Source: Promethearchaeia archaeon
GTDB lineage: Archaea > Asgardarchaeota > Lokiarchaeia > Sigyniarchaeales > SOKP01
NCBI GenBank assembly: GCA_046497275.1
Contig: JAWOFX010000061.1
Coordinates: 60,001-92,000, forward strand
Direction: 5' to 3'
Length of the DNA: 32,000 nucleotides
Shown here: piece after piece, positions 7,768 to 16,148 of the stretch
Position numbering within the stretch: position 1 is the stretch's first letter
How the letters are laid out: each line of letters opens with the position of its first letter
Notes under the pieces: generated by a model
What the model saw: only the letters and a program-made list of their open reading frames with translations
Databases searched by the model: none
Told to the model about the DNA's origin: nothing
Position numbers and translations under genes: made by a program

Positions 7768-8061
7768 TCATTTTCCCCGCATCTTTTTTATTTCCTTAGC
7801 AATTTCTTTAATAATTTTTGACTTTTTCTTGCCCTTCGAATTAATCAACACTCTACCCGATTCTTCCCACCATGATTTTGGATATTTTAATATAGGTTCA
7901 ATTTGGATCTGATAATCTAATCGTTTAGCCGCAGCCGCAATCTCCTCCACTGAAACTTTCTCAATAGCTAAATTTTTCGGAAGTCTCCTTCCTTGACTCC
8001 TTGTTTTTTTCAGATCAAAGTATTGTGGCCAATAAATTAGAAAGGGCGTCCTTTTTCGCAT
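7768..8061 (-). CDS. srp19: Signal recognition particle subunit SRP19
   Basis: IYWPQYFDLKKTRSQGRRLPK...YPKSWWEESGRVLI...KSKIIKEIA. Confidence 0.95.
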   Translation of the reverse strand: MRKRTPFLIYWPQYFDLKKTRSQGRRLPKNLAIEKVSVEEIAAAAKRLDYQIQIEPILKYPKSWWEESGRVLINSKGKKKSKIIKEIAKEIKKMRGK

Positions 8062-8209
8062 AAAAATAGTTCTTTCTATTAATTATGATTATAAAAATAT
8101 AATAAAATAAATAACTTATTGATTAGGCTAAAAATTATAGGAATTATTAATCTAATTCAAGTTCTATAAGTGAAGAGGATAAAAAAAATGAAAAATAAAA
8201 ATAAATTTG

Positions 8210-9037
8210 TTATTTACCTTTAAATTCTGGCTTTCTTTTCTGTAAAAACGCAGAGACACCTTCAACTACATCCTTCGATTTGGAATTAATAGCATAGCCC
8301 ATTTGCTCGAATTGAAGACCTACATCTAATGGTACTTGCGTTCCATAATCGATAGCTTTTTTAATTACAAAAAGACTGTTCGTGGCAGCGTTTCCTAACC
8401 AAGAAGCTTTTTCATGTAGGAATTCCTCAAATTTATCATCATCTATTAAAAATGAAACAATTCCCCATTCATGCATTGTTTCTGCTGAATAATGATCTCC
8501 GAAAAACATAAGCTCTTTCACTCTATACTTTCCAAGATGTTGAATTAAGCGCTGAGTTCCTCCATTTGCTGGGAAAATACCTCTTGTAATTTCTGGAAAC
8601 CCAAATGTCGATCTTTTTGAAGCAATTATGATATCACATACTAAGGCCAGCTCAAAACCTCCACCTAATGCATAACCATCAATAGCAGCGATTAATGGTT
8701 TCGGAAACTCTTCTATTAAATTATACCATTTGTGCCTTCTGTACATTGCATGACTCTGGTGTCTCAAATTATCTCGATCTAAATCGGGAAATCCCCGTTC
8801 TGATAGATCTGCTCCTGCTGAGAATGCAGGTCTTTTTGTATAATCTTTAGTACCTCTTAATATCACACATCGAGCTCTAGAATCAACTTCTAAGGTTTTT
8901 AAAGCATCTGCAATTTCTTCAAGTGTTTGATTTTGAAGTGCATTTAATTTATCTGGACGATTTATTGAGACTACTGCATAATTTCCATCCTCTACAAATT
9001 CAATCTTTATGTGTTCAAACTTTTTTTCTTCTGACAT
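8210..9037 (-). CDS. Enoyl-CoA hydratase/isomerase (crotonase) family protein
   Basis: INRPDKLNAL, FSAGADL, KPLIAAIDGYALGGGFELAL, FGFPEI..GIFP..GGTQRL. Likely start is ATG 9037 (the track uses TTG 9049). Confidence 0.95.
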   Translation of the reverse strand: MSEEKKFEHIKIEFVEDGNYAVVSINRPDKLNALQNQTLEEIADALKTLEVDSRARCVILRGTKDYTKRPAFSAGADLSERGFPDLDRDNLRHQSHAMYRRHKWYNLIEEFPKPLIAAIDGYALGGGFELALVCDIIIASKRSTFGFPEITRGIFPANGGTQRLIQHLGKYRVKELMFFGDHYSAETMHEWGIVSFLIDDDKFEEFLHEKASWLGNAATNSLFVIKKAIDYGTQVPLDVGLQFEQMGYAINSKSKDVVEGVSAFLQKRKPEFKGK

Positions 9038-9230
9038 GTTAAATACCAATTTTTATAATGTATTGGATTAATTATATTATTTTGTAATAATAATAGAAGT
9101 AATTTAGATAATAAAACACTCTGCCAATCTTTTATATCTTAAATGTGAAGATAATCAACCTTATTAAAAGAGAGGGATATATTTATATCAATCACATAGC
9201 ATTTAACAAATCAAAAGTGAGGAAATTAAA

Positions 9231-9437
9231 ATGCCAATTGTTAATGTTCAAGTTTGGAAAGGTATTTCAGAAGAATATGTAAAGAAAATAATCAGTGGGA
9301 TAACTGATGTATTTGTTGGTATCGGGATTCCAAAGCAGGCTGTCGAGGTAATAGTTCAGGAAATTCCTAAAGGGCATTGGGGAGTTAATGGAAAACCTGC
9401 AACTGAATCTCTTCCAGATGAAAAACCTCCAATATAA
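9231..9437 (+). CDS. 4-oxalocrotonate tautomerase family protein
   Basis: Pro after the initiator Met (MPIVNVQVW), 68 aa, VEVIVQEIPKGHWGVNG; SD-like GTGAGG upstream. Confidence 0.9.
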   Translation: MPIVNVQVWKGISEEYVKKIISGITDVFVGIGIPKQAVEVIVQEIPKGHWGVNGKPATESLPDEKPPI

Positions 9438-9685
9438 TTGATTTAAAAAAATTCTCATATCTTTTTAAATAAAATAAGTTATTAGTAAGACTTTTATTAA
9501 GATCTTCTATATAACTAAGAATTTAAAAGAAATGATATGATAATGATATTTGAAAGAAGATTCGTTTTAGTATTATCTATCTTAAAAAAGAGGTTATTTT
9601 TAGACAAAAGACATGATATAATATTATGATTTATTGGTTAAATGGTTTTTCTTAATTAAATATATGGTTAAGGATGTTTTCCTAG

Positions 9686-10153
9686 ATGATAAATTTGAAT
9701 TTAAAAGAAAAGATTAGAGAATTTTGGAAAAAATATGATAAATTTCATCTAATTTTTTTATGTGGATTTATTTTTGGTATATTTTTTATGAATTGGATGT
9801 TGTTTTTTTTAGGAATAATAGACCTGAGAACTCCGATTTTCTTTTCAATTTTCACTGTACTTTTGGGTAGTATTGCACTACTAAGCAAATCTAAATATAA
9901 ACAAACAACAGCAAAAATAGTTTATATCGGATTTGGAGGAATTGGCTTGGGTGGTATAATATGGTTTATTATTGGGTATATATTTGTAGCCGCCCCTTGG
10001 GCTCCTTTGAGAATTTTACCCCCTGTCTTAAGAGGGCGAATCTTTCTATCTATTCTATTTGGTTCGTGGGGATTGGGTGCGTTAATTGGGTATTTTTTAG
10101 GCAAAAAAAGAAACTGGAAAACAATTTTTACTGAACAAGTCAATAATGAATAA
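9686..10153 (+). CDS. Hypothetical membrane protein (about 4 TM)
   Basis: 155-aa ORF with four hydrophobic segments; no family recognised. Confidence 0.75.
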   Translation: MINLNLKEKIREFWKKYDKFHLIFLCGFIFGIFFMNWMLFFLGIIDLRTPIFFSIFTVLLGSIALLSKSKYKQTTAKIVYIGFGGIGLGGIIWFIIGYIFVAAPWAPLRILPPVLRGRIFLSILFGSWGLGALIGYFLGKKRNWKTIFTEQVNNE

Positions 10154-10386
10154 TTAATATTTGTAAAAATAATTCTGGTACGATAAATAGTATTAAAACA
10201 CAAGATATCATAACTTTAGAATTATTACTAACTTCATATCTCATAATCATATTAATTTAAAGCTTTTTGAGTTTATAAAAAGAAAATGATGGATTTCAAT
10301 ATTTATCTTCATATATCAAAATAAGAATTAAAATTATCTAATATCCCATATTTTGATTTTCTTATTATAGGTATGAAGGTAAATAA

Positions 10387-10460
10387 TGGGAGAGACGGGA
10401 TTCGAACCCGCGACCTCTCAGCCCCCAGCCGAGAATCATACCAAGCTAGACTACCCTCCC
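10387..10460 (-). tRNA. tRNA-Pro(GGG), no intron, CCA not encoded
   Basis: Reverse complement GGGAGGG...CTCGG-CT-GGG-GG-CTGAG-AGGTC-GCGGG-TTCGAAT-CCCGT-CTCTCCC-A folds as a full cloverleaf. Confidence 0.96.
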
Positions 10461-10712
10461 ATTTTTTTCTATATGATTGGAAATCTTTTTTATTGATAGA
10501 TCTAAGAACATTCCTTGTTTTTTTAATTTTTTCTAACTGGAAAAACTACGAAAAAAAGGAAGTATCACCCTACTATTATCTGGATATATATCTTTGATCC
10601 AGAAACATCTATTTCACGAAGAATTTTTTTTAGATTAATGAAAATATTTTAAAGTAAAAAGACCATTTTATCAAATCAATACTATTAAAAATTTATAATA
10701 GGTTAAGAGAAA

Positions 10713-11363
10713 ATGGTTTTTCAAGTTTTTCAAACACCAACAGAAGATGCATTAGGTATCCTAAGAGTGCCCGATAATTTCAATTTCTATGTAATTTTTC
10801 TTTTAGTCGCTGTGCTATATATTTACTTCAATGAAATGAATAAAACAAATTGGAATGGAATAGCTGCGGGGTTAATGCTTTATACAATTCATTGGTTTGT
10901 GGAGATTATCAACGGAATTATTCAATTTTTTTCAGGGTATGCTTTATGGACAATCCCCACCGGTACTGCATATTTAATTCTAATAGGTTTAGGTGTAGAA
11001 TTAAATTTAATGTTTGCTATAGCAGGTTTAGCAACAAGTAAACTATTGCCAGAGGATCGAAGTGAGAAAGTATTTGGTATTCCTAAAATGCTATTAATTG
11101 GAATAGGAAATGCGGCATTAGCGTCTATAATAGAGATTTTCCTAATTATGACTCCAGCATTTGTATGGATATATCCTTGGTGGAATGCGTTGACGGTTTT
11201 TATCTTTGTCTATATCCCATTTTTTGTAGGAGCTGCGTACGCATATTATTGGGAACCAAAAAAGCAAAAGTTAATTATTGGGGGATTAGCTGTTATAGAT
11301 GTAATCCTTATTTTAATATTTGCTGTTATTTTACCCGCCATTTTAGGTACTACAGTAATCTAA
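10713..11363 (+). CDS. Conserved-looking hypothetical multi-pass membrane protein (6-7 TM)
   Basis: 216-aa hydrophobic ORF with HWFVEIING and GLGVELNLMFAIAG segments; function not recognised. Confidence 0.75.
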   Translation: MVFQVFQTPTEDALGILRVPDNFNFYVIFLLVAVLYIYFNEMNKTNWNGIAAGLMLYTIHWFVEIINGIIQFFSGYALWTIPTGTAYLILIGLGVELNLMFAIAGLATSKLLPEDRSEKVFGIPKMLLIGIGNAALASIIEIFLIMTPAFVWIYPWWNALTVFIFVYIPFFVGAAYAYYWEPKKQKLIIGGLAVIDVILILIFAVILPAILGTTVI

Positions 11364-11505
11364 ACCTTAACTCTTTTTATTTTATTATTTATTTTTCCTT
11401 AGAATTAAGAAAATTGAACAAATTTCAAGAATCCGTCTTTATTTTATAAAGGAAATACTTTTTAGATTAAATAGAAGTATATAACTAATAGAATTAAATA
11501 GTTAG

Positions 11506-12342
11506 GTGAAAAAAATAGAACTAACCATCAATTCCACAATAGAATTAAACAATGGTCTTGAAATGTTTCGATTTGGGCTTGGTACATGGAAATTAAAACG
11601 GAGTTCTGTCGTAGATCCTGTTAAATGGGCTCTCAGCGAAGGATATAGATTAATAGATACTGCTACATTTTACAAAAATGAAAAATATATTGGGCAAGCC
11701 ATAAAAGAGAGTGAGATTCCAAGGGAAGAGCTATTCATCACATCTAAAGTCTGGGATACAGATCAAGGATATAACAGTACATTAAAAGCGTTTGAAAAAA
11801 GTCTTGAAAATTTAGATACTGACTATTTAGATTTATATTTGATTCACTGGCCACGAAAAAAACGGAATGAGACGTGGGAAGCTTTAGAAAAATTATATTC
11901 TGAGGGCAAGGTAAAAGCGATAGGAGTAGCGAATTTTGCCGTTCATCATTTGAAAGAATTAATAGAGAATTATGAGGTAGTTCCAGCAGTAAATCAGTTT
12001 GAACTCCATCCTTTTGATTATTCCGATGAAAAGGATTTGATTGATTTTTGTAGAAAAAATAATATTGCAGTGGAGGCATATAGCCCTCTTACACACGGAA
12101 GAAAACTTAACCATGCAAAATTAAAAGAAATTGCAGGGAGATATAATAAATCAACTGCTCAGGTCTTAATTCGCTGGAGTTTGCAACATGATTTTATTTG
12201 CATACCAAAATCTGGAAGTGAAGCGCATATCATAGAAAATGCCAATGTATTTGATTTTGAATTATCTGATGATGATATGAAAGAAATAAATACTATTAAA
12301 GAAGATTTTAGATTATTAAATGACACCAGTAAATGGAATTAA
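11506..12342 (+). CDS. Aldo/keto reductase (AKR5-like), copy 1
   Basis: GLGTW, IDTATFY (Asp/Tyr), TSKVW (Lys), LIHWP (His), IPKS; GTG start. Confidence 0.95.
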   Translation: MKKIELTINSTIELNNGLEMFRFGLGTWKLKRSSVVDPVKWALSEGYRLIDTATFYKNEKYIGQAIKESEIPREELFITSKVWDTDQGYNSTLKAFEKSLENLDTDYLDLYLIHWPRKKRNETWEALEKLYSEGKVKAIGVANFAVHHLKELIENYEVVPAVNQFELHPFDYSDEKDLIDFCRKNNIAVEAYSPLTHGRKLNHAKLKEIAGRYNKSTAQVLIRWSLQHDFICIPKSGSEAHIIENANVFDFELSDDDMKEINTIKEDFRLLNDTSKWN

Positions 12343-12379
12343 AATATAATCATAATTAAAACATAGAGGAATAATTTCA

Positions 12380-13198
12380 ATGAATTTGAGTATAAATTCA
12401 ACCTGGAAACTTAATAATGGAGTTAAAATTCCAGTAATGGGTTTCGGAACATGGGGGTTAGAAGGCAAAACAGCTATTAATGCAACTAGGTGGGCTATTG
12501 AAACAGGATACCGATTAATTGACACTGCATTTATTTATGGAAATGAGGTAGAAGTAGGAAAAGCGATAAAAGCAAGTGAAGTGCCTCGTGAGGAGATTTT
12601 TCTTACAACTAAAGTCTGGCAAACAGATATGAGATATAAAAAGACATTTAAATCTTTTGAAAGGAGCTTAAAAAATTTGGATACTGACTATTTAGATTTA
12701 TTTTTGATACATTGGCCGAGGGAAAAGCGTTTAGAAACATGGCGTGCCATGGAAAAAATATATGAAGAGGGGAAAGTAAAATCGATCGGAGTGAGTAATT
12801 TTACGATTTCAAATCTCAAAGAACTCTTAAGTCATTCAGAAACCATACCAGTAGTCAATCAAGTGGAATTTTCTCCTTTTCTGTACCAAAAGGATTTGTT
12901 AGACTTTTGCCATCAGCATAAAATACAATTGGAAGCATACAGCCCCTTAACGAGGGCTAATAAGTTAAACAATCCGGTTATTAAAGATATTTCTGATAAA
13001 TATAAAAAATCTACCGCACAGATTTTATTAAGATGGGCTCTCCAACATCAAATAATAGCGATTCCCAAATCAAGCAGTAAGAAACATATCGGGGAAAATG
13101 CGAATATTTTTGATTTTGTAATCGAGGAGGCAGATATGGAAAAACTTGATAAATTAGATGAGGGTTTTAGAGTTGTAGAAGATACCATCTTTAACTAG
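12380..13198 (+). CDS. Aldo/keto reductase (AKR5-like), copy 2
   Basis: GFGTW, IDTAFIY, TTKVW, LIHWP, IPKS; tandem paralog of 11506..12342. Confidence 0.95.
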   Translation: MNLSINSTWKLNNGVKIPVMGFGTWGLEGKTAINATRWAIETGYRLIDTAFIYGNEVEVGKAIKASEVPREEIFLTTKVWQTDMRYKKTFKSFERSLKNLDTDYLDLFLIHWPREKRLETWRAMEKIYEEGKVKSIGVSNFTISNLKELLSHSETIPVVNQVEFSPFLYQKDLLDFCHQHKIQLEAYSPLTRANKLNNPVIKDISDKYKKSTAQILLRWALQHQIIAIPKSSSKKHIGENANIFDFVIEEADMEKLDKLDEGFRVVEDTIFN

Positions 13199-13385
13199 AA
13201 TATTTTATCTTAGTTTTGTAACATTTCAATATTATATCATTTTTTTTTTAATGTTTTAGCAAGGTAAAAATAGAAAAGATTTATTATTAATATTTTATTA
13301 AATAGAACTTAGATATTTAAGAATATATTTAAATAAAAATAGACTTAAATTTATAGAATAAATAATTAGATAAGAGGGAAAGAAT

Positions 13386-13898
13386 TTGACAGAAGAACCT
13401 AGTGAACCACCTAAAGAACCTAAAAAACCTAAGCCAGAATCTAGTTCCGCATGGGATTCTCTTGAAGAACCAGTAACCTGGATTGGGAAATTAGCATGGA
13501 TTTTTTTATTAGTTGCTGCTATTCTTGAAATTCTTTTGGCTATTTTGAATATTGCAAGACAAGTGGCTACCAATGCAAGATTAGCTTCTCTCATACCAGG
13601 TTATACACCAACTTATAGTCTAGGATTTCCTATTTGGCAAATTATAGGTGGTGTTATCTCATTACTATTTTCTATTATTATCGTTAGACCTAGATTTTCT
13701 AAAAAATGTGGTGAGAAAGATTGGGATTTCTTATTAAATGATGTTTTGAAATTAGGAGATTTCAGATTTCCATGGATGTTTGTTTGGGCTATTATCGCCA
13801 CAATTTTTGGATGGTATTGGGGTGGAGCTGCAATTTGGTTTCCCGCTATAATTTTAGTTGTTGCGGGACCTAAACCATATAAATGGACAGAAGAATAA
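13386..13898 (+). CDS. Hypothetical membrane protein with Pro/Glu/Lys-rich N-terminus
   Basis: 170-aa ORF, TTG start, 3-4 hydrophobic segments, Trp-rich C-terminal part. Confidence 0.75.
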   Translation: MTEEPSEPPKEPKKPKPESSSAWDSLEEPVTWIGKLAWIFLLVAAILEILLAILNIARQVATNARLASLIPGYTPTYSLGFPIWQIIGGVISLLFSIIIVRPRFSKKCGEKDWDFLLNDVLKLGDFRFPWMFVWAIIATIFGWYWGGAAIWFPAIILVVAGPKPYKWTEE

Positions 13899-13903
13899 AT
13901 CTG

Positions 13904-13916
13904 TTTTTTTTTTTTT
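13904..13916 (+). terminator. Oligo-T tract, likely archaeal intrinsic terminator
   Basis: Run of 13 T starting 6 nt after the stop of 13386..13898, between convergent genes. Confidence 0.5.
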
Positions 13917-13966
13917 AATTTTCTAAGGATCGCTTAAATTCTTTTAATTAGAAGCATTAGATATTA

Positions 13967-14839
13967 TTATTCTAATAGACTATATGCTAAAACCAAAGCG
14001 CCATATATTTCATTTAAATTTCCAACTCTGGAAGTGTCAACCAAAATTCTGTCCAAACCCATATAAACAGCACCATATGCTTTTCCAGATCCTAAATGTA
14101 CTAAAGTTCTGTAAATAAGATTACCTGAGATTCCTTCAGGAGCCAAAATTAAATTTGAATTATTTTCTATTGCACTTTCTATAAGGATCTCATCGTGAGA
14201 TATCATTATATCAGGATACATTTCTTTAAAATGTTTTACTACTTCTTTAGCTTCCTTAATCGTTTGATCAACATGTTCATCTCGTCCTAGGTCACCCTCT
14301 CTTCCTCCACTTAAAATACTAATTTGGGGATAAATTCCAAACGATTTCAGCTGGTCTATCGCAAGGTTAATAAAATCTAACTTTGAAGGTAAATCATTAC
14401 ATTCATCGATCCCAACCGGACCATAAAAAAACTGACTTCCACTATGAGTTTCTAATAAAGCGAGTCTTTGAACTTTTTTAACATTAAACTGCTCTTTTAC
14501 TAATTTTAAAAATTTAGATGAACTTAGAGATCCTCTGATAATCGTATTTATTTTATAATGATCAAGGTAATCGAATATGGTTTTTGTAGGCTCTTCAGAC
14601 TCAATTAAAATAATTTTTTCTCTGTTTTTCTCATAACTTGAATTATCTGAAATTAAATCAATAGATTTCTTTGTTCCAAATAAATAAATTTTTAAAAATT
14701 CATTATCTTTGAATTGATTCAAAAACTTAATTGTTGCATAAAATATTTTGTTATTATGATATTCTGAATCGCCTAATCCAATACCTATATTAGCTACTTT
14801 ATCCATTGAACCCGTTTTTATTTTATTTAAAATACTCAT
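13967..14839 (-). CDS. mtxX: MtxX / methanogenesis marker protein 4-like (PTA/PTB-fold) protein
   Basis: IRGSLSS, FYGPVGIDE, LSGGREGDLGR, GISGNLIYRTLVHLG, AYGA, VDTSR motifs recalled from the Mmp4/MtxX family. Confidence 0.75.
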   Translation of the reverse strand: MSILNKIKTGSMDKVANIGIGLGDSEYHNNKIFYATIKFLNQFKDNEFLKIYLFGTKKSIDLISDNSSYEKNREKIILIESEEPTKTIFDYLDHYKINTIIRGSLSSSKFLKLVKEQFNVKKVQRLALLETHSGSQFFYGPVGIDECNDLPSKLDFINLAIDQLKSFGIYPQISILSGGREGDLGRDEHVDQTIKEAKEVVKHFKEMYPDIMISHDEILIESAIENNSNLILAPEGISGNLIYRTLVHLGSGKAYGAVYMGLDRILVDTSRVGNLNEIYGALVLAYSLLE

Positions 14840-14858
14840 AGACGCATTCTACCTTTTC

Positions 14859-16001
14859 TTACTTATTTTCAATTTTTTTTAATATGTAATAACTAATAAA
14901 TGATATTATCATTAATAATATAATAATTAAGATGTAAGTACTTAATGCTTTGTAGGTTCCATTATAAAATAAAAATCCAAAAATAACCGTAATGGAGTTA
15001 TAAACTCCGTGAAGGGTTATTGGAGCAGTTAAATTTTCATTTCTGGTGTGAAATAAATAACCTAGTAATATAGAAATTGCAAAATAAGGGAAGAACATTA
15101 AAATAAGATTAATAATAAATGAAATTGGTGATATAAGTATTAAAATAAATGTAGCTGGTAAGTGCATACCTGTAAAAATTAAAGCAGTTATAAATAAACC
15201 TGCTTTATCTCCTACATTTCTAACCAATCCTTTTTGCATATAACCACGAAAAGCTATTTCTTCAGAAGGTCCAACAATCGCAAGCATAACTATTACTAAT
15301 AAAATAATTTCTATCAAGTTTGCTGAACCAGTAGGATCTATTTGGCTACTAGAGTCTACTGAAACGTTTGGGAAGAGATTTACAATAAATTCTAAAAAAA
15401 GTGAAATAAAATTAACCATAAAGAAAGCCACCACAGCAAAAGCTAATCCTAATATTATTTCTTTGATAATTTTAACCTTAGATCGATTATTAATGGGAAT
15501 TCCCAAAATTCCAAATCGATTTCTTAGACTTGGTTTTTTCAAGTAACTTCCCGCTGATATTAAAGGAATAATGATGAAGATAAGTTCAGTGAATGAAGCT
15601 AATATCAAAAATGTCGTAGAGTTGAGGAAATTCTCAATAATTTCGATATCTGGCATCCCTATTGCGAAAAAAACTAGAAGAAATGTAATAGCTGTGACTA
15701 TTCCTTGCATAATAGTAAAAGCAAGAAGAGGAAATAAGATAGCGGGTGGATTTTCCCATAATGGCTTCTTGACATTCTTAGAAATTTCTTCCTCTGTTAA
15801 TTTTTTTTCAGAAATTTTATATTCCGTACGTGCTATCTTTCCAATAGTCCCTTTTTGTTTTAAAGCCTTAAGATTTGATCCACAATAAGGACAGAAAGTA
15901 ATATGATCTACATTATGAAGAAATTCTTTTCCACAATATGGACAAAAGCGCCATTTAGAACCAATATCTTCTATATTATTATTTAAATCTTGATCGCTCA
16001 T
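14859..16001 (-). CDS. Zinc-ribbon + CPBP (CAAX protease/Abi, Rce1-like) intramembrane glutamic protease
   Basis: N-terminal CPYC-x13-CPYC; EEIAFRG, FTGMH and HGVYN motifs; multiple TM segments. Confidence 0.88.
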   Translation of the reverse strand: MSDQDLNNNIEDIGSKWRFCPYCGKEFLHNVDHITFCPYCGSNLKALKQKGTIGKIARTEYKISEKKLTEEEISKNVKKPLWENPPAILFPLLAFTIMQGIVTAITFLLVFFAIGMPDIEIIENFLNSTTFLILASFTELIFIIIPLISAGSYLKKPSLRNRFGILGIPINNRSKVKIIKEIILGLAFAVVAFFMVNFISLFLEFIVNLFPNVSVDSSSQIDPTGSANLIEIILLVIVMLAIVGPSEEIAFRGYMQKGLVRNVGDKAGLFITALIFTGMHLPATFILILISPISFIINLILMFFPYFAISILLGYLFHTRNENLTAPITLHGVYNSITVIFGFLFYNGTYKALSTYILIIILLMIISFISYYILKKIENK

Positions 16002-16148
16002 CTTATATTATAAAAAAATCTATAATTTATGAATAACTGTCTTTTTAAAATTAATATCCGAAGAAATTTAAAAATGTCGGAATTAAAACCCTTTTTGTGA
16101 AATATTATTAAACAAAGTATGTAGATGAGAAAATTTAAAGTTAAGAAA

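Noticed and set aside
7758-7770. The srp19 TGA stop is in frame with the hypA ATG (TGA CCA TCA ACT ATG), suggesting selenocysteine or read-through fusion
   Set aside because: In-frame spacing has a 1-in-3 chance, both proteins are complete on their own, and no SECIS-like hairpin was recognised.
10387-10460. tRNA-Pro (and tRNA-Arg at 21738..21841) as integration sites for a mobile element
   Set aside because: No duplicated tRNA 3' end and no integrase were seen in the window.
10373-10597. 74-aa ORF on the + strand
   Set aside because: It is antisense to tRNA-Pro; a shadow ORF.
13967-14839. MtxX plus HypA as evidence that the organism is a methanogen
   Set aside because: No mcr, mtr or other methanogenesis genes are in the window; a single marker is insufficient.
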